A DNA stretch of 64,000 nucleotides from Auanema rhodensis (Eukaryota > Animalia > Nematoda): assembly GCA_964057225.1 (NCBI GenBank), contig OZ059899.1, positions 10,230,001 through 10,294,000 of the forward strand, written 5' to 3'. The notes under the pieces are model-generated. The model was not told where the DNA came from and did not search any database. It saw nothing but the letters and a program-made list of their open reading frames with translations. Below, one piece after another: positions 25,042 to 39,290 of this stretch. How positions within the stretch are numbered: the stretch's first letter is position 1; each line of letters starts with the position of its first letter. The translations under genes and the position numbers were made by a program.

Positions 25042-26808
25042 TAAATTTTTTTCATTTGACTTGTCATTTACAAAAATCAAATTTATCTTCTTCAACGATT
25101 ATTTTTGCAATGTGTCATAAAAATTTCACAGTTGAACAAAACGTTTTTTAAGAATTTTTTTTGTTGTCAACATATATATTTTCCTGGAATTCGAAAGCAT
25201 TTGGGATGGAAATTAGAAAGAAAAGAACTAGTTTTTCCTATTTTAAAACAAACAAAAAAATAAAATGAAAAAGATTGTTAGATATCCAATTTAAACTTAT
25301 ACATTTACTTCGATAAAGAGCCTATTAGTTTGAAATTTTATGTCTTACAGTTCTGCAACAGAACAGACTGATCCTGATTTCTCTATGATTACATAAAATT
25401 CTCGTTTGATATAAAAAAAGAAGAGGATTAACGTTTCCAGGATGTCAATGATATCGAATCTAGTGATATTGTAAAAAAATGTAATGTCAGCTCCATAGGT
25501 TTTCTCTTAATTTCTCTCATCACAATTGTCTTAGTTTTTTTTCTCATAAGAGTTTCTGAAATCTTAGGTGAACAAGGCCGTATATATATTTTCCTGGAAT
25601 TCGAAAGCATTTGGGATGGAAATTAGAAAGAAAAGAACTAGTTTTCCTACTTTAAAACAAACAAAAAAAAATAAAATGAAAAAGATTGTTAGATATCCAA
25701 TTTAAACTTATACATTTACTTCGATAAAGAGCCTATTAGTTTGAAATTTTATGTCTTACAGTTCTGCAACAGAACAGACTGATCCTGATTTCTCTATGAT
25801 TACATAAAATTCTCGTTTGATATAAAAAAAGAAGAGGATTAACGTTTCCAGGATGTCAATGATATCGAATCTAGTGATATTGTAAAAAAATGTAATGTCA
25901 GCTCCATAGGTTTTCTCTTAATTTCTCTTATCACAATTGTCTTAGTTTTTTTTCTCATAAGAGTTTCTGAAATCTTAGGTGAACAAGGCCGTATATATTT
26001 TTTTCTGGAATTCGAAAGCATTTGGGATGGAAATTAGAAAGAAAAGAACTAGTTTTTCCTACTTTAAAACGAACAATAAGAAATAAAATAAAAAAGATTG
26101 TTAGATATCCAATTTAAACTTATACATTTACTTCGATAAAGAGCCTATTAGTTTGAAATTTTATGTCTTACAGTTCTCCAACAGAACAGACTGATCCTGA
26201 TTTCTCTATGATTACATAAAACTCTCGTTTGATATACAAAAAGGAGAGGAATAACGTTTCCAGGATGTCAATGATATCGAATCTAGTGATATTGTAGAAA
26301 AATGTAATGTCAGCTCTATAGGTTTTCTCTTAATTTCTCTCATCACAATTGTCTTAGTTTTTTTTCTCATAAGAGTTTCTGAAATCTTAGGTGAACAAGG
26401 CCGTATATATTTTTTTCTGGAATTCGAAAACATTTGGGATGGAAATTAGAAGGAAAAGAACTAGTTTCTCCTACTTTAAAACAAACAATAAGAAATAAAA
26501 TAAAAAAGATTGTTAGATATCCAATTTAAACTTATACATTTACTTTGATAAAGAGCCTATTAGTTTGAAATTTTATGTCTTACAGTTCTCCAACAGAACA
26601 GACTGATCCTGATTTCTCTATGATTACATAAAACTCTCGTTTGATATACAAAAAGGAGAGGAATAACGTTTCCAGGATATCAATGATATCGAATCTAGTG
26701 ATATTGTAGAAAAATGTAATGTCAGCTCCATAGTTTTTCTCTAAATTTCTCTCATCACATTAGTCTTATTTTTTTTTCATAAGAGTTTCTGAAATCTTAG
26801 TTGAACAA

Positions 26809-26881
26809 GGCCGCGTGGCGCAATGGATAACGCGTCTGCCTACGGAGCAGAAGATTGTAGGTTCGAATCCTGCCGTGGTCG
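26809..26881 (+). tRNA. trnR-ACG: tRNA-Arg(ACG), type A flank
   Basis: Same 73-nt sequence as 816-888, followed by T7. Confidence 0.97.
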
Positions 26882-28239
26882 TAAATTTTTTTCATTTGAC
26901 TTGTCATTTACAAAAATCAAATTTATCTTCTTCAACGATTATTTTTGCAATGTGTCATAAAAATTTCACAGTTGAACAAAACGTTTTTTAAGAATTTTTT
27001 TTGTTGTCAACATATATATTTTCCTGGAATTCGAAAGCATTTGGGATGGAAATTAGAAAGAAAAGAACTAGTTTTTCCTATTTTAAAACAAACAAAAAAA
27101 AATAAAATGAAAAAGATTGTTAGATATCCAATTTAAACTTATACATTTACTTCGATAAAGAGCCTATTAGTTTGAAATTTTATGTCTTACAGTTCTGCAA
27201 CAGAACAGACTGATCCTGATTTCTCTATGATTACATAAAATTCTCGTTTGATATAAAAAAAGAAGAGGATTAACGTTTCCAGGATGTCAATGATATCGAA
27301 TCTAGTGATATTGTAAAAAAATGTAATGTCAGCTCCATAGGTTTTCTCTTAATTTCTCTTATCACAATTGTCTTAGTTTTTTTTCTCATAAGAGTTTCTG
27401 AAATCTTAGGTGAACAAGGCCGTATATATTTTTTTCTGGAATTCGAAAGCATTTGGGATGGAAATTAGAAAGAAAAGAACTAGTTTTTCCTACTTTAAAA
27501 CGAACAATAAGAAATAAAATAAAAAAGATTGTTAGATATCCAATTTAAACTTATACATTTACTTCGATAAAGAGCCTATTAGTTTGAAATTTTATGTCTT
27601 ACAGTTCTCCAACAGAACAGACTGATCCTGATTTCTCTATGATTACATAAAACTCTCGTTTGATATACAAAAAGGAGAGGAATAACGTTTCCAGGATGTC
27701 AATGATATCGAATCTAGTGATATTGTAGAAAAATGTAATGTCAGCTCCATAGGTTTTCTCTTAATTTCTCTCATCACAATTGTCTTAGTTTTTTTTCTCA
27801 TAAGAGTTTCTGAAATCTTAGGTGAACAAGGCCGTATATATTTTTTTCTGGAATTCGAAAACATTTGGGATGGAAATTAGAAGGAAAAGAACTAGTTTCT
27901 CCTACTTTAAAACAAACAATAAGAAATAAAATAAAAAAGATTGTTAGATATCCAATTTAAACTTATACATTTACTTTGATAAAGAGCCTATTAGTTTGAA
28001 ATTTTATGTCTTACAGTTCTCCAACAGAACAGACTGATCCTGATTTCTCTATGATTACATAAAACTCTCGTTTGATATACAAAAAGGAGAGGAATAACGT
28101 TTCCAGGATATCAATGATATCGAATCTAGTGATATTGTAGAAAAATGTAATGTCAGCTCCATAGTTTTTCTCTAAATTTCTCTCATCACATTAGTCTTAT
28201 TTTTTTTTCATAAGAGTTTCTGAAATCTTAGTTGAACAA

Positions 28240-28312
28240 GGCCGCGTGGCGCAATGGATAACGCGTCTGCCTACGGAGCAGAAGATTGTAGGTTCGAATC
28301 CTGCCGTGGTCG
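28240..28312 (+). tRNA. trnR-ACG: tRNA-Arg(ACG), type A flank
   Basis: Same 73-nt sequence as 816-888, followed by T7. Confidence 0.97.
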
Positions 28313-29670
28313 TAAATTTTTTTCATTTGACTTGTCATTTACAAAAATCAAATTTATCTTCTTCAACGATTATTTTTGCAATGTGTCATAAAAATTTCAC
28401 AGTTGAACAAAACGTTTTTTAAGAATTTTTTTTGTTGTCAACATATATATTTTCCTGGAATTCGAAAGCATTTGGGATGGAAATTAGAAAGAAAAGAACT
28501 AGTTTTTCCTATTTTAAAACAAACAAAAAAAAATAAAATGAAAAAGATTGTTAGATATCCAATTTAAACTTATACATTTACTTCGATAAAGAGCCTATTA
28601 GTTTGAAATTTTATGTCTTACAGTTCTCCAACAGAACAGACTGATCCTGATTTCTCTATGATTACATAAAACTCTTGTTTGATATAAAAAAAGAAGAGGA
28701 ATAACGTTTCCAGGATGTCAATGATATCGAATCTAGTGATATTGTAGAAAAATGTAATGTCAGCTCCATAGGTTTTCTCTTAATTTCTCTCATCACAATT
28801 GTCTTAGTTTTTTTTCTCATTAGAGTTTCTGAAATCTTAGGTGAACAAGGCCGTATATATTTTTTTCTGGAATTCGAAAGCATTTGGGATGGACATTAGA
28901 AGTAAAAGAACTAGTTTTTCCTACTTTAAAACAAACAAAAAAAAATAAAATGAAAAAGATTGTTAGATATCCAATTTAAACTTATACATTTACTTCGATA
29001 AAGAGCCTATTAGTTTGAAATTTTATGTCTTACAGTTCTCCAACAGAACAGACTGATCCTGATTTCTCTATGATTACATAAAACTATCGTTTGATATAAA
29101 AAAAGAAGAGGAATAACGTTTCCAGGATGTCAATGATATCGAATCTAGTGATATTGTAAAAAAATGTAATGTCAGCTCCATAAGTTTTCTCTTAATTTCT
29201 CTCATCACAATTGTCTTAGTTTTTTTTCTCATAAGAGTTTCTGAAATCTTAGGTGAACAAGGCCGTATATATTTTTTTCTGGAATTCGAAAGCATTTGGG
29301 ATGGAAATTAGAAAGAAAAGAACTAGTTTTTCCTACTTTAAAACATACAATAAGAAATAAAATAAAAAAGATTGTTAGATATCCAATTTAAACTTATACA
29401 TTTACTTCGATAAAGAGCCTATTAGTTTGAAATTTTATGTCTTACAGTTCTCCAACAGAACAGACTGATCCTGATTTCTCTATGATTACATAAAACTCTC
29501 GTTTGATATACAAAAAGGAGAGGAATAACGTTTCCAGGATATCAATGATATCGAATCTAGTGATATTGTAGAAAAATGTAATGTCAGCTCCATAGTTTTT
29601 CTCTAAATTTCTCTCATCACAATAGTCTTATTTTTTTTTCATAAGAGTTTCTGAAATCTTAGTTGAACAA

Positions 29671-29743
29671 GGCCGCGTGGCGCAATGGATAACGCGTCTG
29701 CCTACGGAGCAGAAGATTGTAGGTTCGAATCCTGCCGTGGTCG
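29671..29743 (+). tRNA. trnR-ACG: tRNA-Arg(ACG), type A flank
   Basis: Same 73-nt sequence as 816-888, followed by T7. Confidence 0.97.
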
Positions 29744-31511
29744 TAAATTTTTTTCATTTGACTTGTCATTTACAAAAATCAAATTTATCTTCTTCAACGA
29801 TTATTTTTGCAATGTGTCATAAAAATTTCACAGTTGAACAAAACGTTTTTTAAGAATTTTTTTTGTTGTCAACATATATATTTTCCTGGAATTCGAAAGC
29901 ATTTGGGATGGAAATTAGAAAGAAAAGAACTAGTTTTCCCTATTTTAAAACAAACAAAAAAAATAAAATGAAAAAGATTGTTAGATATCCAATTTAAACT
30001 TATACATTTACTTCGATAAAGAGCCTATTAGTTTGAAATTTTATGTCTTACAGTTCTGCAACAGAACAGACTGATCCTGATTTCTCTATGATTACATAAA
30101 ATTCTCGTTTGATATAAAAAAAGAAGAGGATTAACGTTTCCAGGATGTCAATGATATCGAATCTAGTGATATTGTAAAAAAATGTAATGTCAGCTCCATA
30201 GGTTTTCTCTTAATTTCTCTCATCACAATTGTCTTAGTTTTTTTTCTCATAAGAGTTTCTGAAATCTTAGGTGAACAAGGCCGTATATATATTTTCCTGG
30301 AATTCGAAAGCATTTGGGATGGAAATTAGAAAGAAAAGAACTAGTTTTCCTACTTTAAAACAAACAAAAAAAAATAAAATGAAAAAGATTGTTAGATATC
30401 CAATTTAAACTTATACATTTACTTCGATAAAGAGCCTATTAGTTTGAAATTTTATGTCTTACAGTTCTGCAACAGAACAGACTGATCCTGATTTCTCTAT
30501 GATTACATAAAATTCTCGTTTGATATAAAAAAAGAAGAGGATTAACGTTTCCAGGATGTCAATGATATCGAATCTAGTGATATTGTAAAAAAATGTAATG
30601 TCAGCTCCATAGGTTTTCTCTTAATTTCTCTTATCACAATTGTCTTAGTTTTTTTTCTCATAAGAGTTTCTGAAATCTTAGGTGAACAAGGCCGTATATA
30701 TTTTTTTCTGGAATTCGAAAGCATTTGGGATGGAAATTAGAAAGAAAAGAACTAGTTTTTCCTACTTTAAAACGAACAATAAGAAATAAAATAAAAAAGA
30801 TTGTTAGATATCCAATTTAAACTTATACATTTACTTCGATAAAGAGCCTATTAGTTTGAAATTTTATGTCTTACAGTTCTCCAACAGAACAGACTGATCC
30901 TGATTTCTCTATGATTACATAAAACTCTCGTTTGATATACAAAAAGGAGAGGAATAACGTTTCCAGGATGTCAATGATATCGAATCTAGTGATATTGTAG
31001 AAAAATGTAATGTCAGCTCCATAGGTTTTCTCTTAATTTCTCTCATCACAATTGTCTTAGTTTTTTTTCTCATAAGAGTTTCTGAAATCTTAGGTGAACA
31101 AGGCCGTATATATTTTTTTCTGGAATTCGAAAACATTTGGGATGGAAATTAGAAGGAAAAGAACTAGTTTCTCCTACTTTAAAACAAACAATAAGAAATA
31201 AAATAAAAAAGATTGTTAGATATCCAATTTAAACTTATACATTTACTTTGATAAAGAGCCTATTAGTTTGAAATTTTATGTCTTACAGTTCTCCAACAGA
31301 ACAGACTGATCCTGATTTCTCTATGATTACATAAAACTCTCGTTTGATATACAAAAAGGAGAGGAATAACGTTTCCAGGATATCAATGATATCGAATCTA
31401 GTGATATTGTAGAAAAATGTAATGTCAGCTCCATAGTTTTTCTCTAAATTTCTCTCATCACATTAGTCTTATTTTTTTTTCATAAGAGTTTCTGAAATCT
31501 TAGTTGAACAA

Positions 31512-31584
31512 GGCCGCGTGGCGCAATGGATAACGCGTCTGCCTACGGAGCAGAAGATTGTAGGTTCGAATCCTGCCGTGGTCG
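31512..31584 (+). tRNA. trnR-ACG: tRNA-Arg(ACG), type A flank
   Basis: Same 73-nt sequence as 816-888, followed by T7. Confidence 0.97.
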
Positions 31585-34349
31585 TAAATTTTTTTCATTT
31601 GACTTGTCATTTACAAAAATCAAATTTATCTTCTTCAACGATTATTTTTGCAATGTGTCATAAAAATTTCACAGTTGAACAAAACGTTTTTTAAGAATTT
31701 TTTTTGTTGTCAACATATATATTTTCCTGGAATTCGAAAGCATTTGGGATGGAAATTAGAAAGAAAAGAACTAGTTTTTCCTATTTTAAAACAAACAAAA
31801 AAAAATAAAATGAAAAAGATTGTTAGATATCCAATTTAAACTTATACATTTACTTCGATAAAGAGCCTATTAGTTTGAAATTTTATGTCTTACAGTTCTC
31901 CAACAGAACAGACTGATCCTGATTTCTCTATGATTACATAAAACTCTCGTTTGATATAAAAAAAGAAGAGGAATAACGTTTCCAGGATGTCAATGATATC
32001 GAATCTAGTGATATTGTAAAAAAATGTAATGTCAGCTCCATAGGTTTTCTCTTAATTTCTCTCATCACAATTGTCTTAGTTTTTTTTCTCATAAGAGTTT
32101 CTGAAATCTTAGGTGAACAAGGCCGTATATATATTTTCCTGGAATTCGAAAGCATTTGGGATGGAAATTAGAAAGAAAAGAACTAGTTTTTCCTACTTTA
32201 AAACAAACAAAAAAAAATAAAATGAAAAAGATTGTTAGATATCCAATTTAAACTTATACATTTACTTCGATAAAGAGCCTATTAGTTTGAAATTTTATGT
32301 CTTACAGTTCTGCAACAGAACAGACTGATCCTGATTTCTCTATGATTACATAAAATTCTCGTTTGATATAAAAAAAGAAGAGGATTAACGTTTCCAGGAT
32401 GTCAATGATATCGAATCTAGTGATATTGTAGAAAAATGTAATGTCAGCTCCATAGGTTTTCTCTTAATTTCTCTCATCACAATTGTCTTAGTTTTTTTTC
32501 TCATAAGAGTTTCTGAAATCTTAGGTGAACAAGGCCGTATATATTTTTTTCTGGAATTCGAAAGCATTTGGGATGGAAATTAGAAAGAAAAGAACTAGTT
32601 TTTCCTACTTTAAAACAAACAATAAGAAATAAAATAAAAAAGATTGTTAGATATCCAATTTAAACTTATACATTTACTTCGATAAATAGCCTATTAGTTT
32701 GAAATTTTATGTCTTACAGTTCTCCAACAGAACAGACTGATCCTGATTTCTCTATGATTACATAAAACTCTCGTTTGATATAAAAAAAGAAGAGGAATAA
32801 CGTTTCCAGGATGTCAATGATATCGAATCTAGTGATATTGTAGAAAAATGTAATGTCAGCTCCATAGGTTTTCTCTTAATTTCTCTCATCACAATTGTCT
32901 TAGTTTTTTTTCTCATAAGAGTTTCTGAAATCTTAGGTGAACAAGGCCGTATATATTTTTTTCTGGAATTCGAAAACATTTGGGATGGAAATTAGAAGGA
33001 AAAGAACTAGTTTTTCCTACTTTAAAACAAACAATAAGAAATAAAATAAAAAAGATTGTTAGATATCCAATTTAAACTTATACATTTACTTTGATAAAGA
33101 GCCTATTAGTTTGAAATTTTATGTCTTACAGTTCTCCAACAGAACAGACTGATCCTGATTTCTCTATGATTACATAAAACTCTCGTTTGATATAAAAAAG
33201 AAGAGGAATAACGTTTCCAGGATGTCAATGATATCGAATCTAGTGATATTGTAGAAAAATGTAATGTCAGCTCCATAGGTTTTCTCTTAATTTCTCTCAT
33301 CACAATTGTCTTAGTTTTTTTTCTCATAAGAGTTTCTGAAATCTTAGGTGAACAAGGCCGTATATATTTTTTTCTGGAATTCGAAAGCATTTGGGATGGA
33401 AATTAGAAAGAAAAGAACTAGTTTTTCCTATTTTAAAACAAACAAAAAAAAATAAAATGAAAAAGATTGTTAGATATCCAATTTAAACTTATACATTTAC
33501 TTCGATAAAGAGCCTATTAGTTTGAAATTTTATGTCTTACAGTTCTCCAACAGAACAGACTGATCCTGATTTCTCTATGATTACATAAAACTCTCGTTTG
33601 ATATAAAAAAAGAAGAGGAATAACGTTTCCAGGATGTCAATGATATCGAATCTAGTGATATTGTAAAAAAATGTAATGTCAGCTCCATAGGTTTTCTCTT
33701 AATTTCTCTCATCACAATTGTCTTAGTTTTTTTTCTCATAAGAGTTTCTGAAATCTTAGGTGAACAAGGCCGTATATATTTTTTTCTGGAATTCGAAAGC
33801 ATTTGGGATGGAAATTAGAAAGAAAAGAACTAGTTTTTCCTACTTTAAAACAAACAATAAGAAATAAAATGAAAAAGATTGTTAGATATCCAATTTAAAC
33901 TTATACATTTACTTCGATAAAGAGCCTATTAGTTTGAAATTTTATGTCTTACAGTTCTCCAACAGAACAGACTGATCCTGATTTCTCTATGATTACATAA
34001 AACTCTCGTTTGATATAAAAAAAGAAGAGGAATAACGTTTCCAGGATGTCAATGATATCGAATCTAGTGATATTGTAGAAAAATGTAATGTCAGCTCCAT
34101 AGGTTTTCTCTTAATTTCTCTCATCACAATTGTCTTAGTTTTTTTTCTCATAAGAGTTTCTGAAATCTTAGGTGAACAAGGCCGTATATATTTTTTTCTG
34201 GAATTTGAAAACATTTGGGATGGAAATTAGAAGGAAAAGAACTAGTTTTTCCTACTTTAAAACAAACAATAAGAAATAAAATAAAAAAGATTGTTAGATA
34301 TCCAATTTAAACTTATACATTTACTTTGATAAAGAGCCTATTAGTTTGA

Positions 34350-37300
34350 AATTTTATGTCTTACAGTTCTCCAACAGAACAGACTGATCCTGATTTCTCT
34401 ATGATTACATAAAACTCTCGTTTGATATAAAAAAAGAAGAGGAATAACGTTTCCAGGATGTCAATGATATCGAATCTAGTGATATTGTAGAAAATGTAAT
34501 GTCAGCTCCATAGGTTTTCTCTTAATTTCTCTCATCACAATTGTCTTAGTTTTTTTTCTCATAAGAGTTTCTGAAATCTTAGGTGAACAAGGCCGTATAT
34601 ATTTTTTTCTGGAATTTGAAAACATTTGGGATGGAAATTAGAAGGAAAAGAACTAGTTTTTCCTACTTTAAAACAAACAATAAGAAATAAAATAAAAAAG
34701 ATTGTTAGATATCCAATTTAAACTTATACATTTACTTTGATAAAGAGCCTATTAGTTTGAAATTTTATGTCTTACAGTTCTCCAACAGAACAGACTGATC
34801 CTGATTTCTCTATGATTACATAAAACTCTCGTTTGATATAAAAAAAGAAGAGGAATAACGTTTCCAGGATGTCAATGATATCGAATCTAGTGATATTGTA
34901 GAAAAATGTAATGTCAGCTCCATAGGTTTTCTCTTAATTTCTCTCATCACAATTGTCTTAGTTTTTTTTCTCATAAGAGTTTCTGAAATCTTAGGTGAAC
35001 AAGGCCGTATATATTTTTTTCTGGAATTCGAAAGCATTTGGGATGGAAATTATAAAGAAAAGAACTAGTTTTTCCTATTTTAAAACAAACAAAAAAAAAT
35101 AAAATGAAAAAGATTGTTAGATATCCAATTTAAACTTATACATTTACTTCGATAAAGAGCCTATTAGTTTGAAATTTTATGTCTTACAGTTCTCCAACAG
35201 AACAGACTGATCCTGATTTCTCTATGATTACATAAAACTCTCGTTTGATATAAAAAAAGAAGAGGAATAACGTTTCCAGGATGTCAATGATATCGAATCT
35301 AGTGATATTGTAAAAAAATGTAATGTCAGCTCCATAGGTTTTCTCTCAATTTCTCTCATCACAATTGTCTTAGTTTTTTTTCTCATAAGAGTTTCTGAAA
35401 TCTTAGGTGAACAAGGCCGTGTATATTTTTTTCTGGAAATCGAAAGCATTTGGGATGGAAATTAGAAAGAAAAGAACTAGTTTTTCCTATTTTAAAACAA
35501 ACAAAAAAAAATAAAATAAAAAAGATTGTTAGATATCCAATTTAAACTCATACATTTACTTTGATAAAGAGCCTATTAGTTTGAAATTTTATGTCTTACA
35601 GTTCTCCAACAGAACAGACTGATCCTGATTTCTCTATGATTACATAAAACTCTCGTTTGATATAAAAAAGAAGAGGAATAACGTTTCCAGGATGTCAATG
35701 ATATCGAATCTAGTGATATTGTAAAAAAATGTAATGTCAGCTCCATAGGTTTTCTCTTAATTTCTCTCATCACAATTGTCTTAGTTTTTTTTCTCATAAG
35801 AGTTTCTGAAATCTTAGGTGAACAAGGCCGTATATATTTTTTTCTGGAATTCGAAAACATTTGGGATGGAAATTAGAAGGAAAAGAACTAGTTTTTCCTA
35901 CTTTAAAACAAACAATAAGAAATAAAATAAAAAAGATTGTTAGATATCCAATTTAAACTTATACATTTACTTTGATAAAGAGCCTATTAGTTTGAAATTT
36001 TATGTCTTACAGTTCTCCAACAGAACAGACTGATCCTGATTTCTCTATGATTACATAAAACTCTCGTTTGATATAAAAAAGAAGAGGAATAACGTTTCCA
36101 GGATGTCAATGATATCGAATCTAGTGATATTGTAGAAAAATGTAATGTCAGCTCCATAGGTTTTCTCTTAATTTCTCTCATCACAATTGTCTTAGTTTTT
36201 TTTCTCATAAGAGTTTCTGAAATCTTAGGTGAACAAGGCCGTATATATATTTTCCTGGAATTCGAAAGCATTTGGGATGGAAATTAGAAAGAAAAGAACT
36301 AGTTTTTCCTATTTTAAAACAAACAAAAAAAAATAAAATGAAAAAGATTGTTAGATATCCAATTTAAACTTATACATTTACTTCGATAAAGAGCCTATTA
36401 GTTTGAAATTTTATGTCTTACAGTTCTCCAACAGAACAGACTGATCCTGATTTCTCTATGATTACATAAAACTCTCGTTTGATATAAAAAAAGAAGAGGA
36501 ATAACGTTTCCAGGATGTCAATGATATCGAATCTAGTGATATTGTAAAAAAATGTAATGTCAGCTCCATAGGTTTTCTCTTAATTTCTCTCATCACAATT
36601 GTCTTAGTTTTTTCTCTCATAAGAGTTTCTGAAATCTTAGGTGAACAAGGCCGTATATATTTTTTTCTGGAATTCGAAAGCATTTGGGATGGAAATTAGA
36701 AAGAAAAGAACTAGTTTTTCCTACTTTAAAACAAACAATAAGAAATAAAATAAAAAAGATTGTTAGATATCCAATTTAAACTTATACATTTACTTTGATA
36801 AAGAGCCTATTAGTTTGAAATTTTATGTCTTACAGTTCTCCAACAGAACAGACTGATCCTGATTTCTCTATGATTACATAAAACTCTCGTTTGATATAAA
36901 AAAAGAAGAGGAATAACGTTTCCAGGATGTCAATGATATCGAATCTAGTGATATTGTAGAAAAATGTAATGTCAGCTCCATAGGTTTTCTCTTAATTTCT
37001 CTCATCACATTTGTCTTAGTTTTTTTTCTCATAAGAGTTTCTGAAATCTTAGGTGAACAAGGCCGTATATATTTTTTTCTGGAATTTGAAAACATTTGGG
37101 ATGGAAATTAGAAGGAAAAGAACTAGTTTTTCCTACTTTAAAACAAACAATAAGAAATAAAATAAAAAAGATTGTTAGATATCCAATTTAAACTTATACA
37201 TTTACTTTGATAAAGAGCCTATTAGTTTGAAATTTTATGTCTTACAGTTCTCCAACAGAACAGACTGATCCTGATTTCTCTATGATTACATAAAACTCTC

Positions 37301-39290
37301 GTTTGATATAAAAAAAGAAGAGGAATAACGTTTCCAGGATGTCAATGATATCGAATCTAGTGATATTGTAGAAAAATGTAATGTCAGCTCCATAGGTTTT
37401 CTCTTAATTTCTCTCATCACAATTGTCTTAGTTTTTTTTCTCATAAGAGTTTCTGAAATCTTAGGTGAACAAGGCCGTATATATTTTTTTCTGGAATTCG
37501 AAAGCATTTGGGATGGAAATTATAAAGAAAAGAACTAGTTTTTCCTATTTTAAAACAAACAAAAAAAAATAAAATGAAAAAGATTGTTAGATATCCAATT
37601 TAAACTTATACATTTACTTCGATAAAGAGCCTATTAGTTTGAAATTTTATGTCTTACAGTTCTCCAACAGAACAGACTGATCCTGATTTCTCTATGATTA
37701 CATAAAACTCTCGTTTGATATAAAAAAAGAAGAGGAATAACGTTTCCAGGATGTCAATGATATCGAATCTAGTGATATTGTAAAAAAATGTAATGTCAGC
37801 TCCATAGGTTTTCTCTCAATTTCTCTCATCACAATTGTCTTAGTTTTTTTTCTCATAAGAGTTTCTGAAATCTTAGGTGAACAAGGCCGTGTATATTTTT
37901 TTCTGGAAATCGAAAGCATTTGGGATGGAAATTAGAAAGAAAAGAACTAGTTTTTCCTATTTTAAAACAAACAAAAAAAAATAAAATAAAAAAGATTGTT
38001 AGATATCCAATTTAAACTCATACATTTACTTTGATAAAGAGCCTATTAGTTTGAAATTTTATGTCTTACAGTTCTCCAACAGAACAGACTGATCCTGATT
38101 TCTCTATGATTACATAAAACTCTCGTTTGATATAAAAAAGAAGAGGAATAACGTTTCCAGGATGTCAATGATATCGAATCTAGTGATATTGTAAAAAAAT
38201 GTAATGTCAGCTCCATAGGTTTTCTCTTACTTTCTCTCATCACAATTGTCTTAGTTTTTTTTCTCATAAGAGTTTCTGAAATCTTAGGTGAACAAGGCCG
38301 TATATATTTTTTTCTGGAATTCGAAAACATTTGGGATGGAAATTAGAAGAAAAAGAACTAGTTTTTCCTACTTTAAAACAAACAATAAGAAATAAAATAA
38401 AAAAGATTGTTAGATATCCAATTTAAACTTATACATTTACTTTGATAAAGAGCCTATTAGTTTGAAATTTTATGTCTTACAGTTCTCCAACAGAACAGAC
38501 TGATCCTGATTTCTCTATGATTACATAAAACTCTCGTTTGATATAAAAAAGAAGAGGAATAACGTTTCCAGGATGTCAATGATATCGAATCTAGTGATAT
38601 TGTAGAAAAATGTAATGTCAGCTCCATAGGTTTTCTCTTAATTTCTCTCATCACAATTGTCTTAGTTTTTTTTCTCATAAGAGTTTCTGAAATCTTAGGT
38701 GAACAAGGCCGTATATATATTTTCCTGGAATTCGAAAGCATTTGGGATGGAAATTAGAAAGAAAAGAACTAGTTTTTCCTATTTTAAAACAAACAAAAAA
38801 AAATAAAATGAAAAAGATTGTTAGATATCCAATTTAAACTTATACATTTACTTCGATAAAGAGCCTATTAGTTTGAAATTTTATGTCTTACAGTTCTCCA
38901 ACAGAACAGACTGATCCTGATTTCTCTATGATTACATAAAACTCTCGTTTGATATAAAAAAAGAAGAGGAATAACGTTTCCAGGATGTCAATGATATCGA
39001 ATCTAGTGATATTGTAAAAAAATGTAATGTCAGCTCCATAGGTTTTCTCTTAATTTCTCTCATCACAATTGTCTTAGTTTTTTCTCTCATAAGAGTTTCT
39101 GAAATCTTAGGTGAACAAGGCCGTATATATTTTTTTCTGGAATTCGAAAGCATTTGGGATGGAAATTAGAAAGAAAAGAACTAGTTTTTCCTACTTTAAA
39201 ACAAACAATAAGAAATAAAATAAAAAAGATTGTTAGATATCCAATTTAAACTTATACATTTACTTTGATAAAGAGCCTATTAGTTTGAAA
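34350..39290. repeat. Higher-order repeat, period 2470 bp (6 tRNA-less monomers), 2 copies
   Basis: Offset 2470 for monomers with private variants (35228/37698, 35987/38457, 36462/38932). Confidence 0.9.

Larger units (their letters stand above)
22490..31890. repeat. Higher-order repeat, period ~4702 bp (10 monomers: 3 long + 7 short), 2 copies
   Basis: Offsets of 4701-4703 (22569/27270, 23961/28662, 25428/30131, 26945/31648) with matching variant order. Confidence 0.9.
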
